This document shows positions 8,726 through 18,101 of a stretch of DNA of 55,978 nt, piece by piece. Numbering within the stretch: the stretch's first letter is position 1; each line of letters opens with the position of its first letter. Under the pieces are notes generated by a model. It did no database searches and was not told where the DNA came from. It was given only the letters and a program-made list of their open reading frames with translations. The stretch is from a virus (Duplodnaviria > Caudoviricetes): positions 1 through 55,978 of IMG/VR virus record IMGVR_UViG_3300022413_000014, one strand, 5' to 3'. The position numbers and the translations under genes are program-made.

Positions 8726-8959
8726 ATGAAGACCATGCATATCGGTGCGTTGACCTTGACGCAGGCTGAGAGCGGTAGCGGCGTTTACCTGGCCACCAAC
8801 GGGGCCGGTGAGCGCGTGGGCTCGCTGTGGCGTGACGATTACGGCTCGTGGGCGGCTTGCCGCCATCTGGCCGAGAACGTCACCGAGCAGCTAGGATCTG
8901 GCTCCACCAAACTTGAAAAGAGCGCTCGGTTTTTCTTCCGTGCGCATATCGGAGATTAA
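8726..8959 (+). CDS. Hypothetical early protein
   Basis: AAGGAG SD; first gene after the rightward promoter. Confidence 0.65.
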   Translation: MKTMHIGALTLTQAESGSGVYLATNGAGERVGSLWRDDYGSWAACRHLAENVTEQLGSGSTKLEKSARFFFRAHIGD

Positions 8960-8960
8960 G

Positions 8961-9404
8961 ATGACCCTGCCCGCCCTGTCGGTCTCCTGTGATTGCTGCC
9001 ACCGAACCGGGGCGCATCTGACCATCGACTGCCTGCTGAGCGGTGATCCCATCAGTCAGTGCTGGGAATGCTTTGATCATCGTGCCGTGCCGATTAGCCA
9101 TGTATTCGCCACCGCCAAGGCCATGGGCTGGGAGAACGTCCCCCTGGTGATCAGGCGCTCTGTGCGCGTCTACAGCTTCGAGCGCTACATGCCGGTATCG
9201 GTATGGATCAAGACCATCAAGCAGATCAGGAAGGCCAAGGCCAAGGCGAGGGAGCGGCAGGAGAAGCGCCAGCGCGATTGGGCTGATCCCCTGGTGGACG
9301 AGATGCGCGGCGCTTGGAGGCGGTCATCAGCCACGCGCATTCATGTTAAAATGCCCACGGAACAACGTGGATTTTTCAACCGGCTTTTGAGGAGGAGCGG
9401 ATGA
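8961..9404 (+). CDS. Hypothetical protein with CxxC motifs
   Basis: ATG 8961 after GGAG; CDCC and CWEC motifs. Confidence 0.55.
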   Translation: MTLPALSVSCDCCHRTGAHLTIDCLLSGDPISQCWECFDHRAVPISHVFATAKAMGWENVPLVIRRSVRVYSFERYMPVSVWIKTIKQIRKAKAKARERQEKRQRDWADPLVDEMRGAWRRSSATRIHVKMPTEQRGFFNRLLRRSG

Positions 9405-9622
9405 GCGAAGTAAGACGCCGTGACGTCACCAGGATCGCGCTAAAGCACACCGTGGCGCTGGATCGCATGCGCAAGGAGATCGCCACAATGATCGAGGAGA
9501 TGGACGCACTCCTGGAAAACCGTGAGGACCTGGGCCTGGACAAGGTCCTGGTCGAACGCTTCACCAACACGCGCGGCCATTACGGCAATATCAGACGAAA
9601 CCTAACGGCCTCGATGACCTAG
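9401..9622 (+). CDS. Hypothetical protein
   Basis: GAGGAGGAG SD, ATGA overlap. Confidence 0.6.
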   Translation: MSEVRRRDVTRIALKHTVALDRMRKEIATMIEEMDALLENREDLGLDKVLVERFTNTRGHYGNIRRNLTASMT

Positions 9623-9647
9623 GCCATAATCCTGGAAGGATAAAACC

Positions 9648-10706
9648 ATGAGCAACTACGCTTTGCCACTCGGACTGGTGCGCTACGGCAAGAACACCTT
9701 CGAAAAGCTGCACGCGCCCGGTTCCGAATGCATCACCGCATCGTCCATCCCGGACCTGTTCGGCATCGGCAAGAACGGCAAGCTGGCGCTGGCGGCGCAT
9801 ATCAAGGGCCTCGCCGACATGAGCCCCAAGAACAACAACATGCTGCGCCGTGGCCATCGCCTGCAGCCAATCGCGGCCCAGATGTACCACGAGGAAACCG
9901 GGCGGGTGGTCAAGAACATCCACGCGCGGGTCAAGCATGATGCACTGGCGTTCTACGCCAGCCCCGACATGCTGGAGCTTGAAGAAGGAGGGTTTTCCTT
10001 CCCGGTCGCGGGGACGGCCGGCGGCAGGACCCAGACCTGGCGACCGGGCGAAATCAAAGTGGTTGCCGAACCCATCTTCAACGCAACGTGGGAAAATGGC
10101 CCACCTCAGCGCGTCCTGATCCAGCACCAAGCGCAACTGATGCTCACGGGTGCGCCTGTCGGCCCGGTGGTCGCCCTGGTGGTCGGCGAGTTCGACATGT
10201 ACGTCAAGCATTGGGACATCGAGGCACACGCCCCCACGCAGCAGGTGATCGAGAAGGAGGTGGCGGGCTTTCTCGCGATGCTGAAGCGGAACGAGCTGCC
10301 CGCGCCCGATCTTGCCAATGAAGGCGATCAGAATGCGCTGATCAAACTGGCGCGCGCCGAACTGGATGATGTCATCACCCTGCCTGATGAAATGCGCGAC
10401 TGGATAAGCCTTTACCAGGACCACGGCGCTGAGATCTCCAGGCTGAAAAAGGAACGCAACGAAGCCAAGGCGCGCATGATCCACGCCCTTCAAGGCCACA
10501 AAGGGGGGCTGATCCACGCCGATCCTGACGACGCGGAGTCCAAGGACCAGATCGTGCAGATCAAGCGTATCGACGTGGCCGAGCGCTTTCAGGCGGCACA
10601 CACGCAAACCCGCATCTACATCAAGGACCAGGCCAAGCTGGAAAAGCGTGCCCAGGCGACCCTGGAAGAGATCCAGATCGCAAACCCCGTGCAGGCCGTG
10701 GGCTAG
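9648..10706 (+). CDS. YqaJ/lambda-exonuclease-like recombination nuclease
   Basis: ITASSI...G, RRGHRLQP, YASPD...EIK, QHQAQL (PD-(D/E)xK). Confidence 0.85.
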   Translation: MSNYALPLGLVRYGKNTFEKLHAPGSECITASSIPDLFGIGKNGKLALAAHIKGLADMSPKNNNMLRRGHRLQPIAAQMYHEETGRVVKNIHARVKHDALAFYASPDMLELEEGGFSFPVAGTAGGRTQTWRPGEIKVVAEPIFNATWENGPPQRVLIQHQAQLMLTGAPVGPVVALVVGEFDMYVKHWDIEAHAPTQQVIEKEVAGFLAMLKRNELPAPDLANEGDQNALIKLARAELDDVITLPDEMRDWISLYQDHGAEISRLKKERNEAKARMIHALQGHKGGLIHADPDDAESKDQIVQIKRIDVAERFQAAHTQTRIYIKDQAKLEKRAQATLEEIQIANPVQAVG

Positions 10707-10708
10707 CC

Positions 10709-11089
10709 ATGGCACGCGTCAAGAAGTTCGAGCAGGGCGAGCCGTTCGAATCGCTCGACGAGTTCGCCGACTGGTGCCGCAAAGGCAACTATGTCTGGGT
10801 GCGCGGCAAGCCTACACACGGCGCGTGGTGCATGTCCTGGCAGTTCCACATGGTGCGCTCGCTGCTGCCTAAGCTGCGCAAAGCCGCCGTGCGCCAGGAA
10901 TGGATCGAGGCAGAAAAGGAAGGAAGGATTACCGACGATGGATCAAGAGCAGGCAAAGCAACTCGCGGAGATTCACGCAACCGTCATTCGTGGTATGCCC
11001 TCGGACGTGAGGCTAAGAGCGGCCGCGCAGGAAGTGGTGGCAGCGTTTTATGGCCTGGACAACGACGAGCGGGTCAAGAACGCGATTGA
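10709..11089 (+). CDS. Hypothetical protein
   Basis: Protein-like N-terminal half; 3' part overlaps next gene. Confidence 0.5.
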   Translation: MARVKKFEQGEPFESLDEFADWCRKGNYVWVRGKPTHGAWCMSWQFHMVRSLLPKLRKAAVRQEWIEAEKEGRITDDGSRAGKATRGDSRNRHSWYALGREAKSGRAGSGGSVLWPGQRRAGQERD

Positions 11090-11126
11090 AGATCTAGCAT
11101 CGGCCCTTGAAGAGAACCAGGGCTGA
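10938..11126 (+). CDS. Hypothetical protein
   Basis: MDQEQAKQLAEIH after AAGGAAGG. Confidence 0.55.
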   Translation: MDQEQAKQLAEIHATVIRGMPSDVRLRAAAQEVVAAFYGLDNDERVKNAIEDLASALEENQG

Positions 11127-11167
11127 CGTATGATGCCCATGACAAACATGTCAGGAGAGCACAGACC

Positions 11168-12202
11168 ATGAATGCAAAAACCGCCGTCGCACAGGAACAG
11201 GGCAACATCGTGCCGCTGGGCGAGATCTCCAGCAACGAGATTGCCCTCAAGCCTGAAGACCGGAAATCCTATGGCGATCTCACCAAGCTGGCGATTGCTG
11301 TCTCGCAGACGGAAATGATCCCCACGGCTTACCAGGGTGAACCGCAGAAGACCGCCGTTGCCATGATGTATGCGCAGGAGGCTGGCGTGAATCCGCTGAC
11401 CGGGCTCAGCTTCATCGCGGTGATCAATGGCAAGCCCGGATGGTACGCCGAAGGCATCCCCGGCGTGGCCAAGATGAAAGGCCTGATCACGGGCTATAAG
11501 GAGTGGTTCACCGGCAAACCCTACGACGACGACTACACGGCCCATTGCAAGGTGTTGACCCCATCAGGGATGGAATACGAGAATCATTTCAGCGTCGCCG
11601 ACGCCAGACGCGCCAACCTTTGGGATAGGAACGTCTGGAAGCCGTATCCACGGCGCATGATGCAATGGCGGGCACGATCCTGGGCGGTGCGCGATGCGGC
11701 CCCCGAGGCGTTCATGGGTCCGACCGCTGAAGAGCTTCGTGACGCGTTCTTTGCCAATATCGGGCCGGATAACGCCAAGCTGATTCCCGGCGACCCCAAG
11801 TCCACGCTCGACGCCTTTGTTCGGGAACACGGCGGCGGCGATCAGGGGGAGGACGGCGAGAAGCCCGAACCGAATGAAGACAGCGCGGTGATCATCGACG
11901 CCGAAACCAAAGGCGCGACCGAGTCCAGCGCTGACGATCAGCCTCCTGACGTGAAGCCGCCCAAGAAGCAGCAGGCCGAGCGACCCAAGGTGTGGCTTAG
12001 CAGGGATCAGCCGGCCTACACGGTTGACGCGGGCAAGCTGGGGACGGTGTTGCTGACCGCAATCAACAAGGCCATGGACCCCAAGCAAGTCGAAGAGCTG
12101 ATGGCCTATAATAGCGGCGTGATCTCGGCGGTGCTGGACACCAAGGCCCAAGACGTGGTCAACGACGCCGGGGTTGCCAAGCTGCAGTCGTTCAAGCCAT
12201 AG
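11168..12202 (+). CDS. RecT-like ssDNA annealing protein
   Basis: MIPTAYQGEP...AMMYAQEAGVNPL.GL..IAVINGKP; W..YPRRMMQWRA.SWA.RDA; close to exonuclease. Confidence 0.8.
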   Translation: MNAKTAVAQEQGNIVPLGEISSNEIALKPEDRKSYGDLTKLAIAVSQTEMIPTAYQGEPQKTAVAMMYAQEAGVNPLTGLSFIAVINGKPGWYAEGIPGVAKMKGLITGYKEWFTGKPYDDDYTAHCKVLTPSGMEYENHFSVADARRANLWDRNVWKPYPRRMMQWRARSWAVRDAAPEAFMGPTAEELRDAFFANIGPDNAKLIPGDPKSTLDAFVREHGGGDQGEDGEKPEPNEDSAVIIDAETKGATESSADDQPPDVKPPKKQQAERPKVWLSRDQPAYTVDAGKLGTVLLTAINKAMDPKQVEELMAYNSGVISAVLDTKAQDVVNDAGVAKLQSFKP

Positions 12203-12242
12203 ACGTGACCGGGCTGTGTTGTCGTGTCATCATGCCGACGTC

Positions 12243-12470
12243 ATGGCACCACAGCCTACGACCTATTACGTGGTCACGCCCAAGACCGCCATCGTCTGGA
12301 GCGCCTGTCTCGCCTTCAGCGCGCTGATCTGGGCAGGCCTCTATTACCTCTTGGAGATGTTCGCGCCGTCCTTCGCCGTGGCGTTTGCGGTGATCGCCTG
12401 GGTCTGTCTGGCGGTCGCGGTGGTCATGGCCATAGTGTGGGCGGCGCTCCTGCTGCAGCGTCTTCGCTAA
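12243..12470 (+). CDS. Small two-TM membrane protein
   Basis: Two long hydrophobic segments. Confidence 0.55.
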   Translation: MAPQPTTYYVVTPKTAIVWSACLAFSALIWAGLYYLLEMFAPSFAVAFAVIAWVCLAVAVVMAIVWAALLLQRLR

Positions 12471-13321
12471 AGCGTCTTCAGCCAGGCCTCGGTGACATCC
12501 CACCAATCGCCGAGATCATTCCAGTCGGTCTTGTCGGACGTCCGATCATCCCAGATGACGACGCCATCGGCATATTGGCGGCAGGTGTCCAGCTGTAGCT
12601 GCCAATAGTCGCCGGGGATCTCGCCAGCATTGCCGGGGTGATAGCGCGGCCATAGAACTGCATAGACCTTCTTGCCGTCCCCGATACGCCGGGCCTCCTC
12701 GATATTGGCGCGCGCATAGGTCACCCAGCCCTGGCGCGGGAATTTGTTCAGGTCGTTCTTGTCGTAAAACGTGTAGAGCGATGGCATCAGCCGGTCGACA
12801 TGGGCCACGATCGGTGCAACCTCGTTGTTCCACTTCTGCCAGGTCTTGTAATCCTGGCTGTTGGGATTGCTGACCGCGTCCCAATAGTTCCTGACCGGCA
12901 GGATCGAATACAGGCCGGTGAGATAGCCATTGCCGAGATTGGCCTGATAGACCTGCATCGCCTCGATATAGCGATCGACGTTCTCAGGGGTGACGCGCCA
13001 GGTATGCTTGTCCGCCCAACGCTCGATATCAACAACCGAGTCCCGAGGCGCTTGCTGGGCGGCGGCAGCGACCTTGCTCAGGTTCACGTCCATGGTGGTC
13101 CGGTTGTCGAACAGCGCACCCTCATACCAGATCTTCAAGGGCTTCATGCCGAGCGCCGCCAGGTCAGGCATATTGCGGTGGTCGATGATCTCGAACACCT
13201 CGAAATCACCATCAGGCGGCGGCGGAGGTGGCTTTTCCTCCATCCCCTTGTCGATGGTGTCGACCAGGGCAAGGATGCCGTCCCTGACCAGGGACCAAGG
13301 CGCGTAGTCATCGATGGGCAT
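12467..13321 (-). CDS. TIM-barrel glycoside hydrolase, hyaluronidase (GH56)-like
   Basis: VVDIERW (DxE), LMPSLY, NIEEARRI, ADGVVIW in the same order as GH56 motifs. Confidence 0.55.
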   Translation of the reverse strand: MPIDDYAPWSLVRDGILALVDTIDKGMEEKPPPPPPDGDFEVFEIIDHRNMPDLAALGMKPLKIWYEGALFDNRTTMDVNLSKVAAAAQQAPRDSVVDIERWADKHTWRVTPENVDRYIEAMQVYQANLGNGYLTGLYSILPVRNYWDAVSNPNSQDYKTWQKWNNEVAPIVAHVDRLMPSLYTFYDKNDLNKFPRQGWVTYARANIEEARRIGDGKKVYAVLWPRYHPGNAGEIPGDYWQLQLDTCRQYADGVVIWDDRTSDKTDWNDLGDWWDVTEAWLKTL

Positions 13322-13482
13322 GGGCCTCTCCAGCGCTAAACCGCAGAAGATCCTAAGCCCCGGATGTGATCAGCCGTATTCGCGACGCCATCCGCTATTA
13401 AGCGTCGATGATGCCCGTTGACCGGGCGCTGGCTCTGATGTGAAATGTGCCCGGCCACCCACGCTAATGAAGGACCGAGCAC

Positions 13483-14241
13483 ATGACGACGTTATGCCAA
13501 GTTGACGGCTGCGACAAGACCGCTTGCAAAAAGGGGATGTGTGATCGGAATTACCGGCAAGCGCGCCGCGCCGAAACCCTCACGCCATGCAAGATCGACG
13601 ACTGCCAGACCAATGCCTATCGCAAAGGCCTTTGCCCAAAGCACTACAAGGCATCGCGAACCGATCTAGCGCCGTGTAGCGTTGAGGGATGCGATAGCAA
13701 GGTCATCGCACGCGGATACTGCACCAATCACTACCACCGCTTCATGAAATACGGCGACCCGCTCGCCGGCCAAGCACCGCCCAATGCCGGCCTTGATCTG
13801 ATCAAGGCTACGGTGGCCAATCCCCCTGACGAATGCGTCTTCTGGCCATATGGCAAGACGGAAGCAGGCTACGGCACGCTGATCTACCAAGGTCATAGGA
13901 TCACCGTCCCGCGTCTCACCCTCACGCTTTACGAAGGCCTAGATGAGCCGCCGGGTCCTGGCATCGTCACCCGGCATAAATGCGGCAACGGCCTGCAAGG
14001 CTGCTTCGGACCGAAATGTCTGGAGTGGGGGACGCCTGCTGATAACATCCAAGACACGGTCGATATGGATCGCGTGCCGAAAGGCGAAGATCATTGCCAT
14101 GCGAAGCTGACGGAAAAGGCCGTTCAGCATATCCGCGAGTCGGAACTGCACAACGAGACGCTAGCGGCGATGCATGGCGTTAGCCGCTTCACTATTCATG
14201 CTGTGAAAACGCGAAAGAATTGGGCATGGCTAGATGACTGA
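13483..14241 (+). CDS. Free-standing HNH homing endonuclease with three N-terminal Cys/His repeats
   Basis: 3 x C-x4-C-x7-G-x-C-x2-[HN]Y; RHKCGN...C..P.CLEWGT.ADN..D; antisense to neighbours. Confidence 0.8.
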   Translation: MTTLCQVDGCDKTACKKGMCDRNYRQARRAETLTPCKIDDCQTNAYRKGLCPKHYKASRTDLAPCSVEGCDSKVIARGYCTNHYHRFMKYGDPLAGQAPPNAGLDLIKATVANPPDECVFWPYGKTEAGYGTLIYQGHRITVPRLTLTLYEGLDEPPGPGIVTRHKCGNGLQGCFGPKCLEWGTPADNIQDTVDMDRVPKGEDHCHAKLTEKAVQHIRESELHNETLAAMHGVSRFTIHAVKTRKNWAWLDD

Positions 14242-14244
14242 ACT

Positions 14245-14291
14245 AGAGCGCCTGGAATGTAACAGAGCTACATTGACATCCCAGGCGCTTT
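14245..14291. terminator. Hairpin between convergent genes
   Basis: AGCGCCTGG...CCAGGCGCT inverted repeat. Confidence 0.5.
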
Positions 14292-14305
14292 ATGTTCATG
14301 TTCAT

Positions 14306-14725
14306 TTAGGACTGCGGCAGTGTCAAAGTCAAAGAGGTAAGACGTACTTCCTGTGCGGCAGTAATAGATAAGTTGTCGATCTCGAAATCTCCTCCGCCAG
14401 AAGTAATAGTGACGTCGCCCGTCCATTTGACCACGGCATCGCCGAGCACCGCGCCATAGCCGGCCGTGCCGGTATTGTCCGCCGAGGCGTCGGTGAGCGG
14501 TACGCCGAGAAGGGTGGCGACAGCACCCGAACCGGATGCGGCGGCAGCACCGAAGGCCGGGTCCTGCAGGGTGAAGGTGGCGAGCACCGTGCCGGTGAGC
14601 GCGCCATTGACTGCCGGCTGCGTGCCGGTGCGGATTTCAATGGTAGCGGCGGCACCGATGTCGACATCGTCGACGATACCATCGCAGCCGGCTTCGACCG
14701 TGGCGTCATAGATCCTGAGAGTCAT
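14306..14725 (-). CDS. Putative virion structural protein
   Basis: Ala/Thr/Gly-rich, TIEIRTGTQPA...GTVLATFTL; coupled to the fibre-like gene. Confidence 0.6.
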   Translation of the reverse strand: MTLRIYDATVEAGCDGIVDDVDIGAAATIEIRTGTQPAVNGALTGTVLATFTLQDPAFGAAAASGSGAVATLLGVPLTDASADNTGTAGYGAVLGDAVVKWTGDVTITSGGGDFEIDNLSITAAQEVRLTSLTLTLPQS

Positions 14726-16986
14726 GGGCTTTGTCCTTGTAGAGTTGACATCGCGCGCACCGCCACGAGCTGACGATCAACGCATTTTTGGCCGGCAAGC
14801 CCGATCGACGGCCTTTGACCGATGATCAGCTGCGCGGCTTGGGTGGGCAGGAAGGCGGTCTGCGCCGCCGTTAGCTCTGCCACGACATCGACCTCGCTGG
14901 TCTGCACGGCGAGGAACGCCGACTGATCCGAGGACAAGGTCGAAAGGAGCCCCAGGACAGCGCTCTGCTGCGCCAGGAAAGCGATGTGGTCGCCGGTAAG
15001 GCCTGGTGCCGTCAGTTCCAGGGTCGACGCCTGAGCGGCCAGGAAAGCGGCCTGAGATGCGGAAATTGACGCTAAAGCGTCAAACGCGGCCGCTGACGTC
15101 GCCAAAAACGCGGTCTGGGTCGCGTTGACCTTGGCGATCAGGTCGACGTCGGTGGCCTGTGTGGCGAGGAAGGCGGCCTGATCACCGGCAACGTCGACCA
15201 CCACCTCGACGGTCGAGGATTGGGTGGCGAGAAAGGCGGTATGCTGACCGACGATGCCGGCTTGGGTGAGAATGAGCGCGCTTTGGGTGGCCAGGAACGC
15301 GGACTGGTCAGACGTGATCTGAAGGGCCACCGTGAGCGCTGACGCCTGGGTCGCCAAGAAGGCGCTTTGCCCAGCGGTGATGTCGGCAATCAGATCGAGG
15401 CTGGCGCTCTGCGTCGCGAGGAACGCCGTCTGCGCGCCATCGACGCTGGCGATCAGGTCAAGGACGGAGGCTTGCGTTGCCAAGAACGCCTGGTGATCAG
15501 CGGTGATGCCGGCCTGGGTGGTGATCGACGCGGCTTGGGTCGCGAGGAACGCATCCTGATCAGCGGCAATATCCGCGATCAGGTCAAGGGGTGCCGCCTG
15601 CGTTGCCAGAAACGCGGATTGTGCTGCCGTAACATCGGCGATGAGATCCAGCGTTGAGGCTTGGGTGGCGAGAAACGCCTGATGGTCGCCACTAACATCA
15701 GAGCTAATGATGCCTTCCAGGGCCGCCGTTTGCGTAGCCAGGAAGGCCGCCTGCGCCGCGCTGACCTTGCTGATTAGGTCAAGAGGGGCAGCCTGCGTTG
15801 CCAGGAAGGCGTCTTGCGCCGCTGTTGCCTTGCCGATCAGCTTGGCCGCCGCCGTTTGCGTCGCGAGAAACGCATCCTGATCAGCGGTAATATCGCGCTC
15901 GCGGACCAGCGTTGCCGATTGTGTGGCCAAGAACGCGTCGTGGTCGGCGGTGATCGAGCGATCCGGTCCAGCCGCCACGAACTCATAGGCACCGATCGAT
16001 GGCGTCGCCGGCCTGGTGACGCCTGCGATGTCGATGGTGGCGTCAACCCGGCTGTCTGGCAGCGATCCGCTGCGATCCGTGCCCGCCAGATAGAGATCTG
16101 AATCTGTATCGAGTATAGTCAGATCAAAATTGGTAGGGTCCGTCCATGCGTCGGCGTGAACGATGTTAGCAACAAACCCAGTAGCCGAAATGTCGTTGAA
16201 AGCTAGATTATTATCGGCTGCGTTATTCGCGCCGTTAATGGTAGCGACCGCGTCTTCAGAATGGAAAATAGTCTGTGAAGCGCCCTTTCCGTTGACTTCA
16301 GCATAGCCGTTAAAGCCACCAACCGTATTGTAGATATTGGCAACTGCTGTGGTGGCACCGCCGCGAGGGTACATATAACCTTGTCGCTGGCCGCCGTTGG
16401 TTTCCGTGATGGCGCATCGGTAACCAGTGCAAAATTCAAGATTTATCGTGCCATCATAATTAAAAAGATCGACCCATCCGCGATCGGCGTCGATCATGAC
16501 AGTATTGTAGAGCGTTAGCGGCGTATTGGAATCGCTCTGAGTGTAAAAACAGTCACCGTCAGTTGTGGTTCTGTTACGGGCCTGGGCGTCGAGAACACAA
16601 CGATCAACCAGTATATTGGTGCCAGTGCCGACGCGAATACACTCATTTGAGTTGCCGGAACCCGTTGACAGTTGAACGAGCATTTTTGAAACGCGCGCAA
16701 AGTTCTCGGTTACTTCGATCGAGTGGTCAGCTGCTGTCGGCGCAACGCGCGCGCCAGTTGTTGCATCACCAGCATGGTAAGCTGCGTCCGTCGCCGTCAG
16801 ATGCAGATAATTCGCAATTGTCGGCGTGCCGGTCGATCCGCCAAGCGTCAGGTTTTCGGCATACGCCGCGTTGTTCTGAACTTCGACGATGTAATCTTCC
16901 GTCGAGACGTCGGATGCGTCGATCGCAGCCTGAATGGTGGTGTAGTCAGCGCCGCCGCCAGAATTGACTGTTACGGTCGTCGTCAT
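14722..16986 (-). CDS. Fibre/spike-like protein: pectin-lyase-like beta-helix plus 18 C-terminal repeats
   Basis: GADYTTIQAAID beta-helix start; PSIGAYE; 18 copies of an approximately 22-aa AFLATQ repeat. Confidence 0.65.
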   Translation of the reverse strand: MTTTVTVNSGGGADYTTIQAAIDASDVSTEDYIVEVQNNAAYAENLTLGGSTGTPTIANYLHLTATDAAYHAGDATTGARVAPTAADHSIEVTENFARVSKMLVQLSTGSGNSNECIRVGTGTNILVDRCVLDAQARNRTTTDGDCFYTQSDSNTPLTLYNTVMIDADRGWVDLFNYDGTINLEFCTGYRCAITETNGGQRQGYMYPRGGATTAVANIYNTVGGFNGYAEVNGKGASQTIFHSEDAVATINGANNAADNNLAFNDISATGFVANIVHADAWTDPTNFDLTILDTDSDLYLAGTDRSGSLPDSRVDATIDIAGVTRPATPSIGAYEFVAAGPDRSITADHDAFLATQSATLVRERDITADQDAFLATQTAAAKLIGKATAAQDAFLATQAAPLDLISKVSAAQAAFLATQTAALEGIISSDVSGDHQAFLATQASTLDLIADVTAAQSAFLATQAAPLDLIADIAADQDAFLATQAASITTQAGITADHQAFLATQASVLDLIASVDGAQTAFLATQSASLDLIADITAGQSAFLATQASALTVALQITSDQSAFLATQSALILTQAGIVGQHTAFLATQSSTVEVVVDVAGDQAAFLATQATDVDLIAKVNATQTAFLATSAAAFDALASISASQAAFLAAQASTLELTAPGLTGDHIAFLAQQSAVLGLLSTLSSDQSAFLAVQTSEVDVVAELTAAQTAFLPTQAAQLIIGQRPSIGLAGQKCVDRQLVAVRAMSTLQGQSP

Positions 16987-17811
16987 CTACAGGTCCAGAA
17001 CGTCTGTCATGTGAAGACGAAAATTCGCGGCGCTCATCTCCTCATAGCCGCCGGCTGCTGCGATCCGGTCGATTTCGGCATCGGCCAAGCGCCAGCGCCT
17101 CAACGCAAGCTTGCGGTCAAGCCGACGTTGGACATCTTCTTCGAACAGCGCCTTCGCTTGATCACGCGTTATCGAAAAATCAATGATGTTGGCGGCCGCA
17201 TCTTGAGCGACAAAGGTGGCGCAGCTCTCGACCGTTAAGCGGACTTCATCATCTTTGTTAGGCCGCACTGCGCCGTAATCCATGCGGATGACATGCTCGC
17301 CCGTCGCCTGGTCGTAAGACTGTTCTGCAAACGTCGAATTTGAGAGTTGACGCCATAGCCCGCGAGACGTCGCCATCCAGAAAATTGTGGCGCGACCACG
17401 CGATCGGTTCGGCAAATAATCTTGATTTCGGAAGCCCCAAGCATCGAGGAAACCTTTTCCTCGACCTTCATTCATGCCGCCATGGCCGTCGCGCGCGCGC
17501 ACCAGCCCAGAGACCACGATCACGCGCCAGCGGTCAGCGCCGACGTTCAGCGATTCCCAGGTGAATTGCGGCTCGGGGAGCCAGGGCCGGCAGAATTGCT
17601 CGGCTTCAGCTTCCGTCAGATCACAGCGCACCACGATAAAGCCGGGCGGGACCTGCTTGCCGCTGAGGTGACGGCTGGGGGTTTCTGGGCCTGCTGGAAC
17701 GCAAGAAGTAATCGCGCCCTTGCGGTTGGAGCACGCCATGCACTCGTCATCGGTCAGCGTTCCGTCGCCGACGACCTTGTTGAGACCACGAATGATAAAA
17801 TCGAACAGCAT
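16987..17811 (-). CDS. Hypothetical protein
   Basis: 274 aa, abuts the fibre gene. Confidence 0.6.
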   Translation of the reverse strand: MLFDFIIRGLNKVVGDGTLTDDECMACSNRKGAITSCVPAGPETPSRHLSGKQVPPGFIVVRCDLTEAEAEQFCRPWLPEPQFTWESLNVGADRWRVIVVSGLVRARDGHGGMNEGRGKGFLDAWGFRNQDYLPNRSRGRATIFWMATSRGLWRQLSNSTFAEQSYDQATGEHVIRMDYGAVRPNKDDEVRLTVESCATFVAQDAAANIIDFSITRDQAKALFEEDVQRRLDRKLALRRWRLADAEIDRIAAAGGYEEMSAANFRLHMTDVLDL

Positions 17812-17894
17812 GCGCCGGCTGGCCCCGTTTAGCTGGACGGTGTCCTGCCGATCTTAGGAACCGGGCTTTTGGCCTCAATGAAGCCGGGCTGGCG

Positions 17895-18101
17895 TCATTC
17901 CTTGTTGATGACGGCACGCCCGAAGCGTTCATGTACGAACGCAACTTCACCGAGCAGCCTGGCCCAGGCCTTGGGCATCTTGCTGGCGATGTCAGGGTCA
18001 TCCTCATAGGCCATCAACACGGTTCTGAGGCTGGAGCAGGCGGTCGCCATGATCAGCGCGAAGGTTTCGGGCTTCACCGGACAATCCGGCGCGGCGCTCA
18101 T
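17895..18101 (-). CDS. Hypothetical protein
   Basis: ATGA overlap with holin stop. Confidence 0.45.
   Translation of the reverse strand: MSAAPDCPVKPETFALIMATACSSLRTVLMAYEDDPDIASKMPKAWARLLGEVAFVHERFGRAVINKE

Noticed and set aside
9591-10715. 374-aa minus-strand ORF
   Set aside because: Antisense shadow of the exonuclease gene
14820-15960. Regularly spaced ~66-bp repeats resembling an array
   Set aside because: Degenerate at third codon positions and encode protein repeats; no unique spacers or cas genes
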